Assembly (NCBI GenBank): GCA_963791485.1
Contig: CAWBSO010000005.1
Location: 324,741-388,740, forward strand
Direction of reading: 5' to 3'
From: an uncultured Solirubrobacterales bacterium
Lineage (GTDB): Bacteria; Actinomycetota; Thermoleophilia; Solirubrobacterales; Solirubrobacteraceae
DNA: 64,000 nucleotides
Part shown: positions 16,710-26,757 of the stretch, piece after piece
Layout of the letters: each line of letters starts with the position of its first letter
Position numbering within the stretch: the first letter of the stretch is position 1
Translations under genes and position numbers: made by a program
The notes under the pieces: model-generated
What the model was told of the DNA's origin: nothing
Databases searched by the model: none
What the model saw: only the letters and a program-made list of their open reading frames with translations

Positions 16710-17414
16710 ATGAGTGATTCTCCACACACGATCCGCTCTTACCAGCGGATATTCAGGCCCGACCGGCGTATCTACCAGATCGACGGTCGGCGCCTGCCGG
16801 TCCCCGGCGGCGTGCCGCTTGAATGGCTTGGCTGGGCGTTCGCCGCACTCGTGGCGATCCTCGTGCTGAGCCAGCGCTCGATCCTGTTCGCGCTCGTGCT
16901 CGGCGCGATTGGCGGCCTGCTTGGTGCAAGCTCGCACGGCTGGCCCGGTGCGCTCATGGGTGCGCTCGCGGGGTTCGTGGCAACGCTGCTGGCGGGCGTG
17001 GTGTTGGGGTGGCTTGACTGGCCGCTGCGGCTGCTGATCGCGCCCGGCATGGTCGCCACTCTTGCAGGTCAGGCCTCCCCGGACGGGCGGCCCGCACACC
17101 GCTATCTGACGTCGCTGCTTTCGCTGCGGGCACGCGCCGCGCGCCGATCGCTTGATCGCGCTGTCTGCGTGGATGGCGAGGCGCAGGTGTGGGCGCCGCA
17201 AGTCTGGGTCGCCCCCGATGAGCACGCGCCCGTGCTTCACCACGGAAAGGTGCGAGGCCCGGCGCGGCTCGTGTTCGCCCGCCCAGTCGCCGTGATTGCC
17301 GGCCGTGGCCGGCTGATCGTCAGGCACTCCGAGGGACACCGGCTGCGCAACGGCGAGCGGCTTGCCGAAGTGATCGAGCTGACTGACGGCCAGGTCGCGG
17401 AGGTCCGGCCATGA
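16710..17414 (+). CDS. tcpE: TcpE-family conjugal transfer membrane protein
   Basis: IRSYQRIFRPDRRIYQIDGRRLPVPGGVPL ... PDGRPAHRYL; precedes VirB4. Confidence 0.75.
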   Translation: MSDSPHTIRSYQRIFRPDRRIYQIDGRRLPVPGGVPLEWLGWAFAALVAILVLSQRSILFALVLGAIGGLLGASSHGWPGALMGALAGFVATLLAGVVLGWLDWPLRLLIAPGMVATLAGQASPDGRPAHRYLTSLLSLRARAARRSLDRAVCVDGEAQVWAPQVWVAPDEHAPVLHHGKVRGPARLVFARPVAVIAGRGRLIVRHSEGHRLRNGERLAEVIELTDGQVAEVRP

Positions 17415-19839
17415 CCTTCCCGCTTCGCTACGCGCACGGCAACGTGCTCCTCGGGCGTGGTGGCGAGCCCGCCGGCCTGTACCGGCTGGCGATGACCTCC
17501 TACCCGTATCTCCCTACCGGGGAGAAGTGGTCGCTACAGCGCCGCCTACAGCGACTCGCGCACACGATCGCCGCCGACTTCTCTGTGTGGCGTGTCCACC
17601 GCGCCTACCCGGCCGAGCGGTACGTCGCTCACACCGAACGGCTGCTCGATGACCGCCACCAGAGCGCCGATGCGTGGCGAGCGTTCCTCGCCGGGCACGA
17701 GCGGCGGCTACATGAACTCGGCTCGCACACCCCGGAGGTGTACCTCGCTGTCTCGCTCGCCGGCAACCGACCAACGGGTGTCGGGTCGGGGCTCGTCAGG
17801 AGCGTCGATCGTGTTCGCCGTCGTGTCGAGGAGCTGTCCGGGATCGGTTCAGCTTCGCCGATCCCGGCCGGCGAACTAGCGGAACTTGCCACCCGCGAGC
17901 AGCGCGTGTATGAGCGAGTGAATGGTGTGATCGGAGCGCGGCGCGCGAGGACCGCCGAGCTTCAATGGCTGCTACGCCGCGTCGCGTGTCGCGGGGTAGC
18001 CGAGCCCGAGCTTGACTATCATTGGCAGCCTGACGCCCTCATCGTGTCGGCGCCCGGTGGCGGCGCGGCGTTTCAGCCGCTCGGCCATGACCTTCAGCGG
18101 TGCGCGAACGCCGCGATCACTGAGCAGAAGCAGACGCTCATGGTGGACGGTGAGCAAGGGCGTTGCTATCAGGCGATGCTCACGCTCGGTGCGCTCGCTG
18201 ACGCACCCGAGTTCCCAGGCGCGACCGCCGAGGCCCTGTTCGCCCCGTTGGAGGCGGTCGGCTTCCCTGTCGATGCGTGCCTTCACGCACAGTGGTTGGG
18301 GAACCGGCAGGCGCTCGCGCAGGTGCGCAAGCGGATCGCCGACGTTGAGCACGCCTATAACGAGCAGGTCGAGGGTGCCGCGCACGGCCCGAGTCTCATG
18401 GCCGGCGCTGACCGCGTTCTCGCACGCGAGTACGAGGCGCAGCTACAGGCAGGCGGGCACCCGCCGATGCTCTACGCGCAGATCGGTCTCGCCGTCGGGG
18501 CTGTCAGCGAGGAGGAGCTAGAGCGCCGGGTCGCTGTGCTCAAAGAGCAGTACGGCGACATCACCCTGCACCGTCCCGCCGGATTGCAGCACCAGCTCTG
18601 GCTCGACCACCTACCGCGACCGGACGGGTGGGCGTGATGCGCGACTACACCCAACAGCTCACCGTCGAGCAGTTCGGGGCGCTGGTCCCGACCGGGAGCC
18701 GGATGGTCGGCTCCCAACGCGGCCCATACCTCGGATACACCCCGACCGGCGCACCCTTGCCGGTCAGGTTCGATCCGACGCAGGCACCGAGGGAAGACCG
18801 CGCCTCAGCGGTCCTACTGATCGGCACCTTGGGGTCCGGCAAGACGGTTGCGGCAGAGGCGATCGAGTACGCCGCCGAGCGTCGCGGGTCGCTCGTGGTG
18901 GACTTCGACCCGAAGCCCGACCACGCGCTTCACCTGCTGCCCGAGCTTGAGGGACGGGTGCAGGTGCTTGAGCTTTCCGGTGACCCCGCGCAGCAAGGCA
19001 AGCTCGACCCCCTCGCTATCGGCCTCGAGGACTTGCGCGAGGAACTCGCCTGCTCCTATCTGCTTGAGCTCTTGCCCGGCAACACGGCCTCGTGGGAGAA
19101 CGCCGTTTCGCTCGCGGTCAAGGACACCGTAAGCGAGGGATCACGCAGCCTCTCCCGCGTCGTCGAGCTGCTGCAAGCGAGCGAGCGCGCCACCGCACGC
19201 GAGGCCGGCGAAGCGCTGGAAGTGATCCGCGACTTCGGCCTCGCACGGCTCGGGTTCGGTGGCGGTGAGAGCGCAGACATTCAGGTTGACCGGCCGGTCA
19301 CGACGATCCGTATGCCCGGCCTGTCGCTCCCCGAACCCTCAGCGGCCCGCGACACCTACACACGCGCAGAGCGAGTGTCCGTCGCCACGCTCTCTCTAGT
19401 CGCGGCGTATGCACTCCAGTTGATCTCACGCGACCGCTCGCGGCACAAGGTCGTCGGCCTGGACGAGATCTGGTTCCTGCTCGCCTCCCCACAGGGACGA
19501 CAAATCATCAACCGGCTGGTCAGGCTCGGCCGCGCGTTCAACGCGACCTTGCTCTTGGGGACGCATCGCATTGGGGACCTCGGAGACCTCTCAGACCTGA
19601 TCGGCGTCGTGTTCGTCTTCGGCCAGGACTCCGACGACGCCGCCAAGGCCGCGTTGCGGTTCATCGGACTTGAGCCCACCCGCGAGCTTGTCGGCCGTGT
19701 CCGCGAGTTCCGCGCCGGGCGCTGCCTCATGCGCGACCTGCACGGCCGCGTCGGCGAGGTGCAGATCGACCTCGTCTACCCACACCTGCTGCAAACGCTC
19801 GCGACCACCCCACAACAGACCGGAAGGAGCGAGGCATGA
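17411..19839 (+). pseudogene. virB4: VirB4-like conjugation ATPase, split by a frameshift near 18625-18637 (real or sequencing error)
   Basis: ORFs 17411-18637 and 18628-19839 together give one VirB4: Walker A GTLGSGKT, DFDPK, Walker B VGLDEIW, RLGRAFN. Confidence 0.8.
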
Positions 19840-21518
19840 AGCCCGCCATTCTCCACGCCCTACGTCGTCTGACCTCAACGCGGCGGCGCCGGGTCGCACT
19901 CCTCCTCACCCTGACGGCGGCGTTCGTGCTGCTCGCCGGCCCGCGCGCAGGAGCGAATGACGTTTACAGCAACATCGGTCCCGCGCCCCAGCTCCCGGCC
20001 GGTGGGCTGGTCGATCGTTACCCGTTCACGAGCTACCAGCTCGACCAATACTTCCCGGCGGTCAGCGCCGGCCTGTTCAGCGGCGTGGACGTCTCCGGTG
20101 TGCCGCCGATGATCGCGTTCTTTATCGCGCAGGTCATCTGGCTCATCACCGCCTTTCTGGCGAACGTGGTCATCACTCTTTTCGCGTTTGCGTTCAACCT
20201 CGACCTTGTTAACGGAAACGGCACCCCCGGCTCCGGTGCGCTCACACCCGTTGCGAGCGCAATCCACAACCTCTACACAAACACCTTCGGTGCGCCGTGG
20301 CTTGTCGCCGCGATCGTCCTCGCCGGGTGCTGGGCGATGTGGAAGGCCCTCGTGCAGCGCCGCTACACCGAGACAGCCGGCGCACTCGCCGTATCGCTGC
20401 TCTATTGCGTGCTGGCGATCGGGATAGTCACACAGCCTCAGCGGACGATCGCCCCCGCAAGCAAGCTCTCAAACCAGCTATCGACCGCGCTGCTGTCACT
20501 CACCAGCCAGGGCAGCATCTCAGGCGAACAACAGGCGAAGACCGCGGCTAGCAACCAGCTCTTTTCGTTCTTGGTGCTGGACCCGTGGACGGTCCTTGAG
20601 TTCGGCGGGATCGAGCACTGCACAACCAACAGCGGCCACTCGGTTGCTGTCCGACCGTTGAGCGGTAACGCCAATCAGGACGCGCAGCTCGCCGCGCAGC
20701 TCGAAGCGGGCACAGAAGTCCACGCGCAGGGCAAGACGTGCATCAACGACCGCAACAAGTACGCCTCCCACTTCCTCGCCTACGAGTTCCAGAGCAAAGA
20801 ACGCAACAGCGAGCACGAAGCCCTCGAAAAGGGTGACACCGGGGACCTCCCGTCGTCTGACCCCGGCAAGCGCAACGGGACCTACAAGCTCGGAAAGGCA
20901 GACGAGCCCGCCGCCGAAGCGATGGGCAAGGGCGGCCAATACCAGCGGATGTTGCTCTCGATCGTGATTCTGCTCGGGGAGCTAGGCGCGTTCCTGCTGC
21001 TCGGGGCGCTCGCGCTCGGGGTAATCCTCGCCCAGCTCCTGCTACTCCTGCTGCTCTCGTTCGCGCCGGTCGCGTTGCTGATCGGGATATTCCCCGGACG
21101 CGGACACGACTTTTTCCGCGCGTGGCTCTCAAAGCTCGCGGGCTACCTCGCGCGGAAGGTGATCTACAGCCTGATCCTCGCCGTCACGCTCGCTGTCAGC
21201 CAAGCCCTCGCGGACGCCACCTCGAACCTCGGATGGCTACTCGCGTTCGCGCTTCAGGCGACGTTCCTGTGGATGGTCTTCATCCAGCGCGAGCGGCTGA
21301 CAAGCGACCTGCTCGCCGCGACCGCCGGCACCAAGGCCGCGCGCGACGGTAGCCGTCTACAGACCCTCTACTACGCCACCCGCCTCACACAAATGGCACG
21401 GCGGCGCAAACCGACCCCGCCACCCCCGCCGCCACCGGGCGGGTCACCGGGCGAGTCCTCGCCGTCCCCCTCGCCTGACCCAACGCCAACCGACACACCG
21501 GAGGAGGAGCCCACATGA
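19836..21518 (+). CDS. VirB6/TrbL-like polytopic conjugation membrane protein
   Basis: Multiple TM helices, position after VirB4, Pro-rich C-terminus. Confidence 0.7.
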   Translation: MKPAILHALRRLTSTRRRRVALLLTLTAAFVLLAGPRAGANDVYSNIGPAPQLPAGGLVDRYPFTSYQLDQYFPAVSAGLFSGVDVSGVPPMIAFFIAQVIWLITAFLANVVITLFAFAFNLDLVNGNGTPGSGALTPVASAIHNLYTNTFGAPWLVAAIVLAGCWAMWKALVQRRYTETAGALAVSLLYCVLAIGIVTQPQRTIAPASKLSNQLSTALLSLTSQGSISGEQQAKTAASNQLFSFLVLDPWTVLEFGGIEHCTTNSGHSVAVRPLSGNANQDAQLAAQLEAGTEVHAQGKTCINDRNKYASHFLAYEFQSKERNSEHEALEKGDTGDLPSSDPGKRNGTYKLGKADEPAAEAMGKGGQYQRMLLSIVILLGELGAFLLLGALALGVILAQLLLLLLLSFAPVALLIGIFPGRGHDFFRAWLSKLAGYLARKVIYSLILAVTLAVSQALADATSNLGWLLAFALQATFLWMVFIQRERLTSDLLAATAGTKAARDGSRLQTLYYATRLTQMARRRKPTPPPPPPPGGSPGESSPSPSPDPTPTDTPEEEPT

Positions 21519-22255
21519 GCTTCCGCATCGAACAAGCCGACCCGCTCACCCTCCTGAGTGAGCTACCCGACCAGTGGGCCCAGACCTGTGTCACCAGCCC
21601 GAGACGAGACGCCACGATCTCCTACCTGCTCGCCGTGCTCGATGAGGTTCACCGGGTACTCCGCGAAGACGGGACGCTCTGGCTCGCGCTCACCCGGGGA
21701 GGCAACTCCCACCACCTGAAGGCTGCGCTCAAGGACACCCGTTGGGTTCAGCCGCGCCCCGCGAGCACGATTCCAAGAGGAGTCCTGCTTCTCACAAAGC
21801 AGCCCGACTTTCTCTTTTACCCACCGCCTCCAGCGGGAGCGGGTTCGCCTCAAAGTCCGCTGTGTGCCCGGTATCCCGTCGCGCAGCGGCCGGGGCGAGG
21901 CTGCCAGCGCTGCCCGAGGCCTCGTCGCGCGTGGTGCGTCCCGTCGCCCGGCGCCGCCGGGATACCGCCACGCGAGGTGATCGAGTGGTGCATCGTTGCG
22001 AGCACCGTCCCGTGCGCGTGCGGGGTATGTGGAGCGCCGTTCAAGCACACCGAGCGGTGTAAGCGCTGGCAGGCGACCTGTACCCACAAAGACGGGCGGG
22101 GGCGCTGTCTCGTGATCGACCCGTTCTGCTCCACCGGCGAGACCGGGATCGTCGCGGCTCGCCGTGGTCGTCAATACCTCGGGATCGACCCCAACCCTGC
22201 GCACGCCGACGCCGCCCGCAGGCGACTCGCCGCGCTACTGGAGCACCGGCGATGA
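21515..22255 (+). CDS. Degenerate beta-class DNA methyltransferase with Cys-rich insert
   Basis: QTCVTSPRR in place of TSPPY; EVHRVLREDGTLWL; VIDPFCSTGETG...GRQYLGID. Confidence 0.7.
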   Translation: MSFRIEQADPLTLLSELPDQWAQTCVTSPRRDATISYLLAVLDEVHRVLREDGTLWLALTRGGNSHHLKAALKDTRWVQPRPASTIPRGVLLLTKQPDFLFYPPPPAGAGSPQSPLCARYPVAQRPGRGCQRCPRPRRAWCVPSPGAAGIPPREVIEWCIVASTVPCACGVCGAPFKHTERCKRWQATCTHKDGRGRCLVIDPFCSTGETGIVAARRGRQYLGIDPNPAHADAARRRLAALLEHRR

Positions 22256-22785
22256 GTACGGCCGCGTGGATGCGCCGGCAGCGCGACCGGCCGATCGCCG
22301 AGCACGAGCGCCGCACCGCGATGGCCGCTGTCGTCGTGATCCTCGGCGCGGTCACGGTGCTGCTCACGCTCACCCAGCCGACCGGCCAAGCTCTCTACCA
22401 ACCTCGGAGCACCCCGCTCAGCCCGCCACCGGTCGCCGCCGTAAGTCACACGAGCGCGCCTGCGCTCGAAGCGAAGCAGACGGCCGAGCGTTTCCTCGCC
22501 GGCTACCTCGGCTACGTGTATGGGCACACCCCGGCAGTGCAAATCGAGGATGCGACCCCGGGGCTGATCCGTTCACTACAGGCGCACCCCCCGCGTGTCC
22601 CGCCGGCAGCGCAAGCGCGCCGCCCACGAGTCCTATCGCTGCACCTCGCCGCCGCCGCCGGCTCGGCCGGCGAGGTCACGGTGAGCGCGGTGGTCAACGA
22701 CGGCGGCCTCATCGACTACTCGGTCGCGCTCGTCCTCGTATCCGAAGGCGGGCGGCTGCTCGTCACCGGACTGGAAGGCGCGTGA
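22252..22785 (+). CDS. Membrane-anchored VirB8/TcpC-like protein
   Basis: TM followed by an NTF2-like segment AERFLAGYL...V.AVV...Y...L....GRLLVTGL; within the tra operon. Confidence 0.5.
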   Translation: MSTAAWMRRQRDRPIAEHERRTAMAAVVVILGAVTVLLTLTQPTGQALYQPRSTPLSPPPVAAVSHTSAPALEAKQTAERFLAGYLGYVYGHTPAVQIEDATPGLIRSLQAHPPRVPPAAQARRPRVLSLHLAAAAGSAGEVTVSAVVNDGGLIDYSVALVLVSEGGRLLVTGLEGA

Positions 22786-23969
22786 TGCGCAAGCCGTCCG
22801 GCAAGGTGATGTGGTGGCTCGCGGCCGGGGCTGGCAGCACAGGCCTCGCGCTGCTCGCGATCTTCGGCATCGCCGTCGCCGTGCTCGGCGCGAGCTTCAC
22901 CGGCTGCCAGCCCGGCAGTGAACCGGCGCTCGCGTCCACCGGACCAACCCCTTCCGCTTACGCGCTTCAGAGCATCCCACCCGAACGCCTGCGCCTCTAC
23001 CAGCAGGCCGGCAGCAAGTTCGACATCGACTGGTCATTCCTCGCGTCGATCGGAGCGCAGGAGTGCAACAACGGAGAGTGCGCCGGCACCAACAGCTCAG
23101 GGTGCGCCGGGCCAATGCAAATCGCCTACGTCCGGGGGAGCGCTTGCAGCCCCGGCGCCGGCCCGACGCTGTGGGAACGCTACGCCGTCTCCGCGCATCC
23201 CGGCCACGCACCCGACATCAACGATCCGGCGGACGCGATCTACACCGCCGCGCGCATCCTGCGCGAAGACATGCACGCCCCCGCGACCGGCGGCAGCTAC
23301 GCCGAATACCGCCAGGCCGCTTGCCACTACTACGGGGCGTGCTCCGACAGCACCGTGAGCTACGCGGACGAGGTGATGGCCCGCGCAGTTCAATACGGGT
23401 TCACCGGCACCGGCTCCCCTTCCGCGACCAGCCCGCCACTCTCGCAGCCAGTCTCAAGCAGCGGGTGCAGCGCGAGCGCGTTCGCTCCCGAAGCGGCAAG
23501 CAGCTCGCAGATTGTCCGGGTCGCTGAAAGCCAGCTCGGCCAGGGCGAGCACCCCGAAGGATCACAGTGCACGATCTACGGGCCGTGCGAGGAGTGGTGC
23601 TCGCTGTTCGCCGCATGGGTGTGGCAGCACGCCGGGGTGCCGCTCCCCGGCTCCACGGCCACCTATGGCTACTCCGGGTCGCTCTACACCTGGGCCCGAG
23701 AACACGGCGGCAGGGTGCTCCCGCCGACCGCGACACCAGCGCCGGGCGATGCCGTCTTCTACGGCACCGGGCCGAGCGAAAGCGCGCACGTCGGGATCGT
23801 GCAGCGCGTCTACCCCGACGGGCAGATCACGACCATCGAGGGCAACTACGCAAACCATGTCGCCATCGTCGGCCCATTCCAGCCCGCCCGCGCGACCAGC
23901 GCGGGCGAGGCCGCCCCCATCTACGGCTATGCACAACCGCCGAGCACGCCGGGTGGGCGAGCGGGATGA
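22785..23969 (+). CDS. Conjugative cell-wall hydrolase: lytic transglycosylase + CHAP domain (VirB1-like)
   Basis: WSFLASIGAQE...GCAGPMQ...DAIYTAARIL (SLT); WCSLFAAWVW...PGDAV...HVGIV...TIEGN (CHAP). Confidence 0.88.
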   Translation: MRKPSGKVMWWLAAGAGSTGLALLAIFGIAVAVLGASFTGCQPGSEPALASTGPTPSAYALQSIPPERLRLYQQAGSKFDIDWSFLASIGAQECNNGECAGTNSSGCAGPMQIAYVRGSACSPGAGPTLWERYAVSAHPGHAPDINDPADAIYTAARILREDMHAPATGGSYAEYRQAACHYYGACSDSTVSYADEVMARAVQYGFTGTGSPSATSPPLSQPVSSSGCSASAFAPEAASSSQIVRVAESQLGQGEHPEGSQCTIYGPCEEWCSLFAAWVWQHAGVPLPGSTATYGYSGSLYTWAREHGGRVLPPTATPAPGDAVFYGTGPSESAHVGIVQRVYPDGQITTIEGNYANHVAIVGPFQPARATSAGEAAPIYGYAQPPSTPGGRAG

Positions 23970-23982
23970 CTGTTCCTTCTGA

Positions 23983-24030
23983 GTTCCGGCTGTGGTTCCG
24001 GCTGCCGTTCCGGCTGTGGTTCCGCCTGTG
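23983..24030 (+). repeat. Four tandem 12-bp repeats (consensus GTTCCGGCTGTG), candidate oriT/iteron region
   Basis: gttccggctgtg gttccggctgcc gttccggctgtg gttccgcctgtg, followed by hairpin TCCCGC-N8-GCGGGA and an AT-richer tract. Confidence 0.8.
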
Positions 24031-24132
24031 CTTCACTCCGCGCCGCGACCGGATCGCGGGTTTCCCGCTTGGTTATGCGGGATTGCGCGGCTCTCGGTTT
24101 TTCGACATCTCTATATGTACTGGTAACTCCCT

Positions 24133-26757
24133 GTGACTCGCCGCCCTTCACAGGACGCTCGGCCGCTGGTGGCTGTCGTGGGAGTGCTGGCACTGCTGGC
24201 GCTGTTGCGTAACCGTTCGCTGCCCGCATGGGTCGCTCAGCACGGCGAAGCGCTCATTGCGTATGTGGCTGTCCCGGCGGTGCTGGTGTTGCTAGCGGCG
24301 CTCACGTGTCGTGTCGTCGTGACTCGTCGTTCGCTTGCCCGGCGTGCGCGGCTCGTCGTGCTCGCCCCCGACTCGTTCGCACCGACGCTTGACGGCGTGC
24401 TTCGTTGTGCCGCTCAGCTTTCCCGTGTCCGGCGGCTCGTTGGCGGCTGGCTTGATCCTCGCGCGAGCGCCGTGCGGGTGCTGCTCGACAGCAGCCGCGA
24501 CGGGACGATGCGCTACTCGCTCGTGGTGCCCGAGCGCGCCCTGCCCGCGATCCGCTCGGCACTCAGCAACTACGACCGAGTACAAGTCCGCCGCGCCGAC
24601 CCGGAGCCCCCGCTGCGGGAGGGCGGGTGCGTGATGCGCGCCGAGCTTCGCCTCGCCCAACCGAGCAGCGAGCCGCTTGCGCACCTGTCGCTCGACCCTG
24701 ACCCACTCCAGAGCTTCGCACGCGCGCTCGCCAGCCTCGACCCCGCGCGGGAGCGCGCTGAGGTCGCGGTCGATCTTCTGCCATGCACCGCCGGGGCACG
24801 GCGACGGCTCAGGCGCCGGCTCCTCAGACAAGCACGCCGCGATAACCCGACCGTCCCCTACAACAGCGGCGGGGTGCTCGACGTGTTGGCGGGCGGTGGC
24901 CGGCAGGTTGGTCGTCAGCCGGCTGCCGATGTTGTGGAGCAGCGAGCGCAGCGCGAGCAGATCGCCGCGAAGGTGCTCCAAAACGAGCCGCTGTTTCACA
25001 TGCAGGTGCTCGTGCGCTGCCAAGCCCCGGTGAAGGGCATGGCCGCCGAACGGTTGCAAGGGCTCCTCGGATGTTTCGATGCCTGCGCCGCCGCCAACTC
25101 TTTCCGTGTCGTCGGTGTGCGGCTGCTCGGCCTCGCGTTCCTCGGCTCCGATTTGCCCGGTCGGCGCTCGTGGTTTGACCGGCGGATCGACACCGGCCTG
25201 TTCCGCCCCGCCCGTCAAGGCGTCGTCAGTGCCCGCGAGGTCGCGGGATTCTTGAAGCCCCCGACGATCAACTGTGCGGCACCGGACGTGCTACGCCTCG
25301 GCGCGGCCGTCTACCCGCCGCCACGCAACCTGCCGGAGTACACGGGGCAGCGCGATGTGCTTCCCCTCGGTCGCGTGACCGGAGAGCGGGGGCAGCGGAT
25401 CGTCGGGCTGCGGCTCGCGGACACGTTCTTTACCTACACCGCCGGCAGAAGCCGGTGGGGGAAGACCGAGCTCGCGATCACCCAATTCTTGAGCTTGGTT
25501 CGCTCCGGGCACGGCGGCATGTTCCTCGACCCGCACGAGGACGCGATCCGGCGGATCAAGAGCTGCCTCACAGAGCCCGAGCTAGCCAACCGGATCATCG
25601 AGCTTGACCTTGTCGGCACCCGCTCGCGGGAGGGACAACCCGGCTGGAACCTCCTCGCCGCACGCGGCCTCTCCGACGACGGCAGGGAGCGGCGGGTCGA
25701 GGCGATCGTGGACTCGTTCGCCTCCGCTCTCCAGTGGGGCGAGCGGAACAACCGCGCCCTCACTCTCACCACGCAGGCGACGGCAGCACTGATCGAGCTA
25801 TCGACGGCCCTTCCCGCCGACCTGCAGCCGACGATCTTTCAGATACCGACGTTGCTCGGCAACCCCGAGTGGCTAGAGGCCATCCTGCCGTACCTCTCCG
25901 TGCCGCGCCGCCAGTTCTTCTCAGAGCGGTTCCCACGGATGGCCGAGGAGGCGATCACCCCTGTAACGAATCTGATCGACCGGCTGCGCTCCTCCACCCA
26001 GCTCGCCGCGCTGCTCGGCTCCCAGCACACCACCTACGACATCGCCAAAGCGATGAACGAAGGGCGGATCGTGCTCGCGTGCCCCGGCGCCGGAGGCGCC
26101 CGCGATCGGCTCCTCGCAAACCTGCTCGTGTTCGACCTGTTGCACGCCGCGAAGGGCCGAGCGCACATACCGCCCGACCGCCGCCGCGAGTTCTACGTGT
26201 TCCTCGATGAGGTCCAGACCTACGACGGCGCATCGTCGGGGAACCTCGCTGCGCTATTGGAGCAGACAGCGAAGTACGGGGTCCGCGCAACCCTCCTGAA
26301 TCAGAATCCCGAGCGGCTGACCAGCGCGACGCTGAACGCGCTGACGACCAACCGCTCGCACCTGATCGCGACCGCGCTAAACGCGCACGCCGCCGCGCTC
26401 ATCGCCCGCGAGTGGGCCTCCGACCCACCAGCCAACGCGATCACCGGGCTACCGCGCCACACGTTCATCGTGCAGGCCACCCACCACGGCGAGCTGACCC
26501 GGCCGTTCCAGTTCGAGAACCTGGCCGTCACCGACCTGTTCGCCGACGCCCACCGGCCCGAGCAAGTCCCACACATACAGCCCGCGATCGACCAGGCATC
26601 CGGCCGCGCCAACGCCGCCGAGACGATCCGGGCGCTTGACACGCTCGATGAGCGCATCCGCGCTCATCTCACAAGCAAGGCCAGCGGCACGGCGACGGCG
26701 AGCGGGCCGGAACGCTCTGCGATGCCGAGGCTCCCCGACGCCGAGGACACGGAATGA
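24133..26757 (+). CDS. virD4: VirD4-like coupling protein / conjugative ATPase
   Basis: N-terminal TMs, Walker A variant GRSRWGKT, FLDPH, Walker B VFLDEVQ, KYG....LNQ. Confidence 0.8.
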   Translation: MTRRPSQDARPLVAVVGVLALLALLRNRSLPAWVAQHGEALIAYVAVPAVLVLLAALTCRVVVTRRSLARRARLVVLAPDSFAPTLDGVLRCAAQLSRVRRLVGGWLDPRASAVRVLLDSSRDGTMRYSLVVPERALPAIRSALSNYDRVQVRRADPEPPLREGGCVMRAELRLAQPSSEPLAHLSLDPDPLQSFARALASLDPARERAEVAVDLLPCTAGARRRLRRRLLRQARRDNPTVPYNSGGVLDVLAGGGRQVGRQPAADVVEQRAQREQIAAKVLQNEPLFHMQVLVRCQAPVKGMAAERLQGLLGCFDACAAANSFRVVGVRLLGLAFLGSDLPGRRSWFDRRIDTGLFRPARQGVVSAREVAGFLKPPTINCAAPDVLRLGAAVYPPPRNLPEYTGQRDVLPLGRVTGERGQRIVGLRLADTFFTYTAGRSRWGKTELAITQFLSLVRSGHGGMFLDPHEDAIRRIKSCLTEPELANRIIELDLVGTRSREGQPGWNLLAARGLSDDGRERRVEAIVDSFASALQWGERNNRALTLTTQATAALIELSTALPADLQPTIFQIPTLLGNPEWLEAILPYLSVPRRQFFSERFPRMAEEAITPVTNLIDRLRSSTQLAALLGSQHTTYDIAKAMNEGRIVLACPGAGGARDRLLANLLVFDLLHAAKGRAHIPPDRRREFYVFLDEVQTYDGASSGNLAALLEQTAKYGVRATLLNQNPERLTSATLNALTTNRSHLIATALNAHAAALIAREWASDPPANAITGLPRHTFIVQATHHGELTRPFQFENLAVTDLFADAHRPEQVPHIQPAIDQASGRANAAETIRALDTLDERIRAHLTSKASGTATASGPERSAMPRLPDAEDTE

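Noticed and set aside
23983-24030. Short tandem repeats as a CRISPR array
   Set aside because: 12-bp units with no spacers and no cas genes; no CRISPR array seen anywhere in the window
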